Shown: positions 1 to 9,998 of the stretch, piece by piece
Layout of the letters: each line of letters starts with the position of its first letter
Numbering within the stretch: the stretch's first letter is position 1
Assembly: GCF_006345805.1 (NCBI RefSeq)
Contig: NC_042998.1
Coordinates: 171,802,001-171,866,000, forward strand
Length of the DNA: 64,000 bases
Source: Octopus sinensis
Lineage: Eukaryota
Direction: 5' to 3'
Program-made: the position numbers and the translations under genes
Notes under the pieces: model-generated
The model's database searches: none
What the model was told of the DNA's origin: nothing
What the model saw: only the letters and a program-made list of their open reading frames with translations

Positions 1-111
1 ATTACAAGGCACTAAAAGAGAATGACTCTTCCCAGACACAACAGAATAGTTTTAATATTTTACGTCAAATTATTTCTTTGTATAATAGTGCTCACTTGCT
101 TAGTAAATATT

Positions 112-696
112 CTTTTCTACTTAAAGTAGAAGGCCCGAAGTTTTTGGGGAGGGTCCAGTCAATTAGATCAACCCCAGTACACAACTGGTACTTAATTTAT
201 CGACACCAAAAAGATGAAAGGCAAAGTCGACCTCGGCGGAATTTTAACTCACAACATAACGACAGACGAAATACCTATTTCTTTACTACCCACAAGGGGC
301 TAAACAGAGAGAGGACAAACAAGGACAGACAGACGAATTAAGTCGATTATATCGACCCCAGTGCGTAACTGGTACTTATTTAATCGACTGCGAAAGGATT
401 AAAGGTAAAGTCGACCTCGGCGGAATTTGAACTCAGAACGTAGCGGCAGACGAAAAACCTATTTCTTTATTACCCACAAGGGGCTAAATATAGAAGGGAC
501 AAACAAGGACAGACATAGGTATTAAGTCGATTACATCGACCCCAGTACGTAGCTGGTACTTAATTTATCGACCCCGAAAGGATGAAAGGCAAAGTTGACC
601 TCGGCGGAATTTGAACTCAGAACGTAGCGGCAGACGAAATACCGCTTAGCATTTCGCCCTACGTGCTAATGTTTCTGCCAGCTCAACGCCTTTTGT
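112..696 (-). mobile_element. SINE family A (tRNA-headed), trimeric insertion
   Basis: Full monomer 696-459 with A-box TGGCAGAAAC..TAG and B-box GAGTTCAAATTCC, then two head-less units 458-275 and 274-112. 12-bp TSD TTAGTAAATATT at 100-111 and 697-708. Confidence 0.9.
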
Positions 697-1816
697 TTAG
701 TAAATATTGCTTTCATTATTTTATCACAGTCATAATCTGTCTTTTTTAAGCACCACAGTAGTCCAACAACAGAGGGAGAAGCAGTTTATCAAGTTTTACC
801 TTCCCCTCAAAGCAACAAGGAGGTTTCAATTCAGTAGCCCATCTGCAAGCTTTGCAGTGTGTGTTTGAGATGGGGTGGGGAGAACATTGCAAACAATGAA
901 TGAAATGAACATGAAATGAACAAAATCGTATAAACAAAAGGGCATTACTACAGATGTATACACCTCCGATTTTGTTGCCTCATAACATTCAGAAAAATAG
1001 ATGATTTTTAACAAAATTTTCTACAAATACCGCTTAGATGTTGTGGCTTCAGAGTATATAGGGATTTATGGCAAAGATTTTTTCCGAGGGGATGGAGAGA
1101 GGAGTTTTAGAAAATTCACCCGATCTGACTGTTTTCCCTCATAACTTTTAGGAACATGGGTATCTTTTAATGAAAATTTATACAAATCCCTTTCAAATGG
1201 CATAGATTACGATTATAAAGAAATTTATAGGGAAAAGTTTTTCAGGGTTTTCCCCCATTGTTTTTAAGCCACAGCCTTCGAAATGATAGAGTTTGGTTGG
1301 GGTCATCATTGTATGAAAAATGTTTTGAAAATTCCCTCATCATCCCACTCCAGACGTATTTTGACCAATTGTTTTGCACTTCAAAACCAGAGGAAGTGTA
1401 TTTTCGGTAAAAAAAAAAAGCAACCCGCCCTGTTTCCTTATCACTCGCATGTATTGATGCTTTTCAATATTTCCCCCTTCCCATAAATACATTTATATGC
1501 TATAAAAAAGAAAATTTGAGAAATTATGTATTTTTTTGCAACCCCACTCCCTGCCCCCGATTGCTTCTGTTTAAAAATTAAAATATTGGTCAGCCTGAGA
1601 AGGTCATTGCTGGCTTTTATCCACAGTGATTTTTAAAATTACGATGTACTTGCATAGCAAGTGACTTGATTTGAGATCATGTGCTGAAACAAAAACAATT
1701 GCAGCATGGAAGATGTTTGTAAGCCATTCAAGAACACATAAAAATCGTTAGTTTCACTTCAACATAAAACTTTCATTTGTGTCAAGATATTTTCATCGCT
1801 TTCAAACTGTGACTTG

Positions 1817-1868
1817 TTCACTGACAAAACTTCACAAAAGTGATCCAGCACGAAGTTTTGTCAGTGAA
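1817..1868. repeat. Perfect 17-bp inverted repeat with 18-nt spacer
   Basis: TTCACTGACAAAACTTC (1817-1833) and GAAGTTTTGTCAGTGAA (1852-1868). Confidence 0.9.
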
Positions 1869-1876
1869 TAGCATAC

Positions 1877-1886
1877 CACACACACA

Positions 1887-1927
<41 letters not shown>
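1877..1927 (+). repeat. (CA)n microsatellite
   Basis: Direct reading. Confidence 0.95.
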
Positions 1928-1928
<1 letters not shown>

Positions 1929-1966
1929 TGTCTTTCATTTGTGTGTATGTGTATCTATGTGTGTGC

Positions 1967-3549
1967 GCGAAGAGGAGTACAGGACCCGGATTAGGCAGTT
2001 AGTGATGAGGGCATTGACCGGTTCCATTATTAACAACAAATGCTGGTATGCCCTCAAAAGCGCCATAAGATTTGAGTCGATTCAATATAGCATAGGGATG
2101 GCTAAGAAGAAGACTAGAATTAAAAGGGCCCTAGTTAAGGCTGTAGAAGAAGCGCTGAGGTCAGGCTGTGCGTCCCACGTTTTAGCGGTGAGATTGGCTC
2201 TAAACCAACGCCTCAAAGCTAAACACGAGAGATGCATAGTCAGGGCGAAGCAACGTGTAATGGGACAAGAGGGAATCAAAGCTGCTGGATGGGCTTGTGT
2301 AGTAGATGCTCAGCGGAGCAACGATGTCACAATAAGGTATTTGACGGACCAACAAGGTAACTTGGTAAACGAACCTGAGGAGATGTGTAAGGTCTTTCAA
2401 GAAAATTTCGTCCAGCTCTTCGGAAGGGGTGGCGAGACGGAGCGATGGAGGGACCTCACAGACCTCCTCGCCGGCTTGCCGCGTCTCTCAGAATGGAAGG
2501 CGGAATGCTGTGAAAGGCCAATCACTGCTGCGAAGGTGGAGGAAGCTCTTGCGGACTGCGATGCGGACAAGTCGCCGGGGCTAGATGGTCATCCCTACAA
2601 GTTATATTATAGTATGCCAGACTTGTTTGGGCACCTACTGGCATGTGTCTTCACGAACTGGCAAAAGAATGGGTTCATTCCTAGATCTGTGAGTCAGGGA
2701 GTGGTGACACTGCTTAGAAAGGATCCAAACAAGAGGGACTTTATAGACAATTTTAGGCCCATCACGCAGCTTAAAGCAGAGCTGAAGATTTTGGCCAAGG
2801 TATTAGCAAAAAGGTTGGCATGTGTTGTAGGAGGAATTGTAGGGGAGGCACAAATGTGTGCTATTCCGGACAGATCTATACACGACAATCTCCACCTTAT
2901 ATGCTATACCTTAGAGAGGGTTAACAGGATTCCTGGCAATAGTGGGATTTGGTCTATTTAGACCAATCTAAAGCTTTTGATAGGGTTGACCATCGGTATC
3001 CGGTGTCGGTCCTCGCGGCGGTCGAGTTGGGCCTAACCTTACTCAGTTGAATCATTGCTCCTTATAGCAACATCGATTCGATCGTTCAGGCGAACGGTTT
3101 CTTCTTGAAGCCGTTCTCAATCAAGCGCTCAGTACGTCAAGGCTGTCCCCTCTCCCCACTGCTGTATGAGTTGGCTCTTCAGCCTTTGCTGTGGAAATTG
3201 GAGGAGACAAAGGGTGTCCTGCGTGATCTAGGTTGCGGAAAATCGGTTTCGGCATATGTGGACGACATCATCACCATCGTATCCAAGGTGGACCACCTAC
3301 AGAGGGTAGGTGTGACCATTAAGGATTAGGAGGCGGCGGCAGGAGCAAAAATTAACCAGGAGAAATCAGTCGACTTGTAACTCGGCACCTGGAGGGGCAA
3401 GTCGCTGCTACCCAACAGCATCGTCGGATGCTGGACGGTGGAACAGGTTAAAATGCTAGGGGTCTGGTTTGGACCAGGCCTCCAGATAGAGAAGAATTGG
3501 AGTAAAGAGGCGAGTAGGGTAACTTCTAACTCAAACCTGGTCCGAGCGG
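1967..3549 (+). mobile_element. Tx1/L1-clade LINE ORF2 fragment (reverse transcriptase), 5'- and 3'-truncated, disrupted
   Basis: Motifs KSPGLDG, NFRPITQL..ELKILAKVLAKRL, LDQSKAFDRVDH, SVRQGCPLSPLLY, AYVDD, INQEKS, LGVWFGP, TQTWSER across ORFs 1840-2961 and 3105-3329, with frameshifts and stops. Confidence 0.93.
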
Positions 3550-5195
3550 TCAAGAAGATAATTAAACAAGTGTGACGCCATTCGTAGTGGTTGGCTTGTC
3601 TCTGTAATTGTTTTTTACGTGGAAAGGTATCTCAAATGGAGTCAAAGAGTTGCGCTTCAGCAACAGGAAGACATGAAACTGTGGACTCAAGCTTGCTGAA
3701 GCAATATGAAGTAGATTTCAAAGACGAGCTCATACAAAAATACCATGAAGGGATACTGAGAGAGGAGTCTAAAATAAAGTTGACCCCATCAGAAGAAGAA
3801 CTGAAGGGAATGGAAAAGAAAGAGATTATATACAGAACGTTCACGAGAAGCAAGAGAATGGCAACACAGGAAGACATAGAAAAGTGCCTAGAGGAGATTA
3901 AAGTCGTTATTACCTTTTACACAAGACGTAGAAGGTACGGCACAGTGGTGGTCGCTTTCGCCTCCAAAAAGGAAGCAAGCGAGTACTCCACTGTGCCGTT
4001 ACATTCGGACGAGTGGACCCTACTGCCCACATACCTAGGCAAGAGTTAGGGTAGGCAGGATTCCGCCTGAAATGGATCCCGAGTGGCTGATAGCGGCGAT
4101 CCTTTACGTGGGAGACGAAGGAGATGAAAGCAATAGCATCCTCCAAATAAATTGTTGGGGTTACGGACTGGAGATGTTTTTTCGAATCAACCAAACAGAA
4201 TATGCTGGAATACCAGAGATACTAGAACTACCAAATGAGGTAAAATTAGAAGTAATATTGGATGGAAAGCTCCCTACCTGCTATTCTTGCGGGGAGAGGG
4301 GACACATCAAAAACAAAGGTGTCCCCAACAAGTGAAGGAGGTTCCAGAGATGGAAGCATAAGAATGCGTAATTGAATTAGGGCAAAAAACTTGAGAGGAA
4401 GAACAAGACACAAAGTTTACAAACGTAAGAACAAGAAAGAGAGAGGAGGAATACACCGCCCAAGGAGGAACTACGGCAAAAGAAACGTAAATCACAAGAA
4501 GAAACGTACCCATTAAAACAAGCAACAGCAACAAGTAGAAACAACACGCCTATAGTTTCGCCGAAAACATAAAAGAAAAAACATCACAAGCAGAACGGAA
4601 TCACCAAGCAAATACACAGACGTACAGATACACAAACATACAGACACACAAAATGCCCAGCAGGGTGAGAACACATATAGAAACAGAATATACTTTGTAA
4701 CATATTGTACAAACCAAAAAATCGAAAGAAAAATTACAAAATGAAAGGTATTACAAAAGTAAAATTAACAGAAGGTTATGATAAAGACACGAGGCGTATT
4801 TTGATAAATGAAGAAAGATATAAAACACTAAAAGAGGCATTTCCATCAGAAGTGAATCCATTGGGGCCGGGGGTGAGAAATGAGCCCCGCACTCCAGCGG
4901 TAGAATATGTCGAGATAAAGTCATCAAGTGTTAAGTAGAAAAAATTATTGAGAATTAACTCTTAGGAAAAACAGAAAACTGAATGAACAATGAACGTTTT
5001 AAAAGAAAAAAAAAAGAAAAATTATATGAACATTTTGAATTAATTGTAAAAACGTAACCATCCCGGAGTGAGGCCGGGGTGGCCGTCTCATCTTCATTTG
5101 TACAAAGCCATATCATTCACCTTCATATGTTATATGTCCCACATGTCCTGTATTGTCTCCTCTTCATTGGCCCCTTGTGGGCAATAAAGAAAGAA
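3550..5195 (+). mobile_element. ORF1-only (gag-like) Tx1-related element E1, frameshifted
   Basis: ATG at 3636; motifs RRYGTVVVAF, LLPTYLGK, PEWLIAAIL; CCHC knuckle CYSCGERGH (last Cys frameshifted); low-complexity linker; C-terminal ORF 4705-4938; 3' UTR ending GGCCCCTTGTGGGCAATAAAGAAA. No RT within the element. Confidence 0.75.
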
Positions 5196-5220
5196 ATTGT
5201 TTAGAACATATACATACCTA

Positions 5221-5427
5221 TTTCTTTATTACCCACTAGGGGCTAAACATAGAGGAGACAGACATAGGTATTAAGTCGATTACATCGACCTCAGTGCGGA
5301 ACTGGTACTTAATTTATCGACCCCGAAAGGATGAAAGGCAAAGTCAACCTCGGCGGAATTTGAACTCACAACGTAACGACAGACGAAATACCGGCGTGCT
5401 AACGTTTCTGCCAGCTCGCCGCCTTAA
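5221..5427 (-). mobile_element. SINE family A monomer (tail A, short 5' deletion)
   Basis: SINE consensus match; 11-bp TSD ATACATACCTA at 5210-5220 and 5430-5440. Confidence 0.9.
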
Positions 5428-6034
5428 ACATACATACCTAATTAATTAATAAGCAGCTATCTCCATTATAGGTAGACAGATAAATTAAAGCGAGGAGCTG
5501 GCAGAATCGTTAAGCACGCCGAGCGAAATAGTTACATAGCTAATTAATAAGCAGCTTTCTCCTTTATCATTCAATCACGGTAGTGGTTGAATATATTCTT
5601 AAGTCCACCATTACGTCAATCGCAGCAGCTTCCAAGCCTCACCACCACTTCAGGTCTCAACTAAATTACAAACTGTTAACGGTTTTAAAGAGGATACCTC
5701 CTCAGCTACACTTTGGCATAGTTTGAGATTTGGTTCAGTAGAAAAAAAGTAACATTAAAATATCTGCAACCTCAAGGAGAGGGGGCAGTAAGGCTCCTAT
5801 TCACCTTCAATTAACATAAACTTTAATTTTAAATTAAAAGTATACCTTTCTTAGGCTTAAATGATAGAAAAATGCACGAGGAATTCAGAATCACCAGTCG
5901 CATTGGACAAAATTTAGTAGAAAAAGAGTTATGAGGTAAAATATTACGAAATTTCCTGTAAGTAAGAGAGTAAAGGAGTAACACTTCAGTTATAAGAATA
6001 AAGAATATATTTCTAAAATCAATGTTGACTTTCT

Positions 6035-6460
6035 AAGTGAGCTGGCAGAAACGTGAGTGCGCCGAGTGCAATGCTTAACTGTATTTCGTCTGCCTTTACG
6101 TTTTTGAGTTCCAATTTCGCTGAGGTCGACTTTGACGTACAGATTATTTCATTAATTTTTTTTAACTAAACACTTTCAGACTTCCGATACTGATAGAATG
6201 TGTCACATAGTACAGGGTTTACACTTAACGTTTTTGAAAAAATTTCGTATTTTAGAAGCAGTATTTCGTCTGTCTCCGTCGAGGTCGACTTTGCCTTTCA
6301 TCCATTTCGGATCTATTCAATTAGATGTACAGATTATTTAATTAATATTTTTTTTGACTAAACACTTTCAAACTTACGATACTAGTAGAATGTGTCACAT
6401 AGAACAGGGTTTACTCTTAACATTTTGGACAAAATTTTGTTTTTTAGAAGTTATTTCGTC
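6035..6460 (+). repeat. SINE A head followed by ~185-bp tandem units containing captured non-SINE DNA
   Basis: Units 6081-6260 and 6261-6450 plus a third start at 6451; each begins (G/T)TATTTCGTC and carries the same AT-rich block GTACAGATTATTT...TTTTAGAAG. Confidence 0.8.
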
Positions 6461-6689
6461 GGAAGTTACAGAGTGACAATGGACAAAATCTTGTTTGATA
6501 ATTGCCAGTACACGAAACTCTCAGCTTTTGACTTACTCTCGAACTTCTGCTGATGATATATATATACATATTACATATATGTGTAAAAACAATATCATCA
6601 CGCAATCGAACCAATGAAAGAGCCTCTACTTGGTCGCTCGACACGCTAAAAATAGCAGCCAAAGTATCCCCCTACCTAAATCACACGCC

Positions 6690-7000
6690 CTGGAAATTAA
6701 AATAAGTACAAGTGAAACACTGGGGTCGATGTACTCGTGTAGTCCCCGCACCGCAAATTTCAGGCCTTGTGCTTATAATAGAAAGGATTATTATTATTAA
6801 AGCGGTGAGCTGGCAAAATCGTTAGTCCGCCGGGCAAAATACTTTGTAGTATTTCCTCCGTCTTCACGTTCTGAGTTCAAATTCCGCTGAGGTCGACTTT
6901 GCCTTTCATCCTTTCGGGGTTGATAGATTAAGTACAAGTGAAACACGGGGTTGATATAATCTTCCCCAAAACTTAAGGCCTTGTGCATATTATAGAAAAG

Positions 7001-7035
<35 letters not shown>
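6690..7035 (+). mobile_element. SINE family A: 3' fragment plus full monomer (tail B) ending in (ATT)n
   Basis: Fragment 6690-6797 ends CAGGCCTTGTGCTTATAATAGAAAGG(ATT)n; monomer 6798-7035 has A/B boxes and a similar tail. Confidence 0.85.
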
Positions 7036-7688
7036 CATCATCACGACTTGCTACCAGTATTTTTATTTCTTTGTCATAATTTCTTGAGCTTTCTTATTTC
7101 TATTTCGAAAATCTAGGCAGAGTTGGTCAGCAAAGATTCATTGAGACGACTGTCTCGCAAATGTTAATACACCATCAAAGGAAAGAAATTCACAGTCACC
7201 ACAAACAGATATACAGCAATAATGGAAGCGTTTTCTATATTCCAGAAAACAATTGTAGATTATCATCTTAACACAAATATATCAGTCACTTGTGTTTCCA
7301 TTCTTCAGCAATTCGACCGTAATCGTGATAACAGGAAAATTTATCTCTAACGTTTGAATGCAGATTTGAAAGCGTACAACGTTGGAGACAAGCAGAAATC
7401 GTATTTATGGCTGGGGATTAGTTATGAAACGGATGACTTAATAAATTAAGTAGTCGGTCCAAAAAAGTAAGACAAAATTTTGTTTGCAATAATTACTGAA
7501 AAACTGACCAACACACACACACACACACACACACACTCATTCACACACATACACACACGCACACAAGCACGCACACACACAAGCGTATTTTGAAGGACTT
7601 GAATAAATTTCACCAAATGTGTAATGAGGACCTTTCAATCATCACCATCATCAACCCCTGGATATTATGGTCTCGAGTCCTAGGACTC

Positions 7689-7900
7689 ACAGGGGACAGT
7701 TATCTGGTTTCCGTGGCGTATAATTGATCAAGATCACGTATCCTGTTAACGCGATGCTAGCCAGTCGTAGGAGTTACAGCTAAGCGATCTAGAGCAAAGT
7801 GAAATGGAATGCTTTGCTCAAGAACACAACGCATTATCAGGGAATCGAAACCACGATGATGCGGTCGTGAGTGCAACACTAATTTCAAGGCCACACGCCT
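7689..7900 (-). mobile_element. SINE family D, degenerate
   Basis: Similar to the 27820-28062 copy (TTGCTCAAGAACACAAC..GGAATCGAAACCAC..GCCACACGCCT on +). Confidence 0.65.
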
Positions 7901-7959
7901 TCAGCACGATATGATTGGTTGACTGGAATTAGATGAACGTTTTTTATGTCGCACGACAA

Positions 7960-8460
7960 AATAAGCTTTGCCTGTCGATGCGACGAGAAGCTATCAGTGA
8001 TGCCCTTCCCATGCTAAGGATGAGGAATTTGTGATCCTCTTCCATAAGGGAGGGTCGTTGGAAAGCTTCGTTAAGAAGTTTAAAAAGTAAGGCCGGAGGG
8101 AAGGGATTCTATCCTGCACTGAGGACCCTGACTGGCATATTAAAGTGGCCCGACTTGGCACTGTCCAGGTGCTTGAATGAGGCGAGGAGCCTGGTCGGGC
8201 ATGAAAGTTTATAATTGAAAATAAAGGTAAGAGGCTTAGTGCCTCATTTTTGTTATTGAAATTGTGAACAATGTAAGAGGTCTGTTACCTCGTGAAGGAA
8301 ATATAAAAGATCAATGTTCTCGGGTAAGCAGCAATCGGCGGGCGTTGCTTGTTGCCCTCATTTATTATCATTTTCATTTGTCATTTCATATATCATTATG
8401 TCTATGTCCAGCCCGCAGCTTCCCTTCTATGTAAGGCCTTTATGGCCAATATAAGGAATA
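7960..8460 (+). mobile_element. Probable decayed Tx1 LINE 3' end
   Basis: GC-richer block with a degenerate LKIKVR..KRLS-like translation, ending CCCTTCTATGTAAGGCCTTTATGGCCAATATAAGGAATA, which resembles the Tx1 tail. Confidence 0.4.
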
Positions 8461-9389
8461 GAGAAGCCATCAAAAATATTGTGTTATGCAAGCAAAAATA
8501 TTATACCATCAGTGAGTAATATATTAAGCCACTAAATTCGTGCTAAGGAAACCGAGCTTTTACTTAGTGGCTCAATATCAGTGACACAGGACATTAACGA
8601 TGTTTTTTAAATAATTTTATCGAATTAGATTTAAAAAAAAATATCTAAAGTTACTTGTGTTAAGCAAAAATATTATAAAATGTTTGAAAAAGCTGTCTGA
8701 AATGTTATATTCCACACGAAAAGAAAGTTTGTCTACAGAAGGATAAAAATTGTGATCGATGTGGAGAATTTTGGTCGTATAGCGAATGCATACATAGCAA
8801 AAATTGAAATTATATTTCCAAATTTGTGTCTGCGTGACATTCATTCGAACGGAATCAAAAACGAAATTGAAGTTAAATTTGTAACTTTAAAAAAAAAAAT
8901 CATATCAAGAAATCAGAAACAACTGTTCATTTCAGTACAAATATTATTCACATTAAACAATCAGTTGGTAAGGGTTGGACGGGAAAACTAAATACTGAAG
9001 ACGAACATGTACGAGTTGGAAAAACGTAATGCAGTAAATAATCATGGAATATATTAATTTCGTAGTCAAATTTTCTGGGATAACCGCTCTTAAAAAATAA
9101 GAAAAATATAAATTCTACAGCATGAAGGTCATAGCGGCATGGCCCAGTGAAATATATATATATAGATATAGGAGATACTGGGCGAGAATAAAATATGATA
9201 CTTAAACGAGAGTAAAATGTCATGTTCGGAATGTCAATCTGTTGCTAATGTGCCAGGTAGAAATATTACTGAATGACCCCAAATGATCTGGAATATACCA
9301 ACTACACCATACTATTTTACAACAAAATGTGGATTATTGTTATTGGTTCGTTCTCGAAATTTCGGTATATATATATATATATATATATA

Positions 9390-9600
9390 TAAAGTTAATC
9401 CAAACAAGAAAACACAGAAAAAAACACAGCAACGCGAGGACGTGGAACAATTAAAGTATTATTTGACGTTCAGGAAAGAAGGGAAGGAGGGTTTAACGTT
9501 TCGAGCGGAGCTCTTCGTCGGAAACAAGGAGAAGGAAAGATCCCAAGAAGGGAAGACAGAGGAAAAAATATTTTTGCTGGTGGTGCTCAAGAGATCACAT
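9390..9600 (-). mobile_element. Penelope-LTR/retrozyme-like relic between (TA)n tracts
   Basis: Contains hammerhead-like GTTT-CCGACGA-A-GAGC.TCC.GCTC-GAAACGTT-AAAC (9525-9491); flanked by TA repeats. Confidence 0.45.
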
Positions 9601-9998
9601 ATATATATATATTGACCTAATACTCCGGTAATTTTTACTCTATCACGAATGGCAGAAATAATTGTACTTAATCTAAGTTATGTAATCAAATGGACATTCA
9701 GTATTTGATGTCGGATGTTTTCCAAGCTTTCAAATAATGCAACTGAAAAGGGTGCCGTGAAAATCGTTCATATGTTGGACAGTTAAACATTTATTCTAAT
9801 ATTGTATTTTTTTTCTCTCTCTCTTATCGTAAGATGAGATGGAAAATCATCGGCAGAAATACGGCGAGACCGACAACCACGAAAGATTGTCATATTTGAC
9901 GAAAAAACTGATTCAATGACGGACAAGCACACCTAAAGTTCCGATAAATATATTAGACGAGTAATATTTGTTAAGGATTATAGAAGTAAACGAAATAA

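Noticed and set aside
78-341. ORFs over SINE copies (also 31919-32125, 45153-45380, 48394-48660, 58759-59025)
   Set aside because: Incidental reading frames in non-coding SINE sequence.
7449-7490. TAGTCGGTCCAAAAAAGTAAG, a possible Tc1-like TIR (also TACAGGGTGGTCACA near 16716)
   Set aside because: No matching inverted copy or transposase remnant seen.
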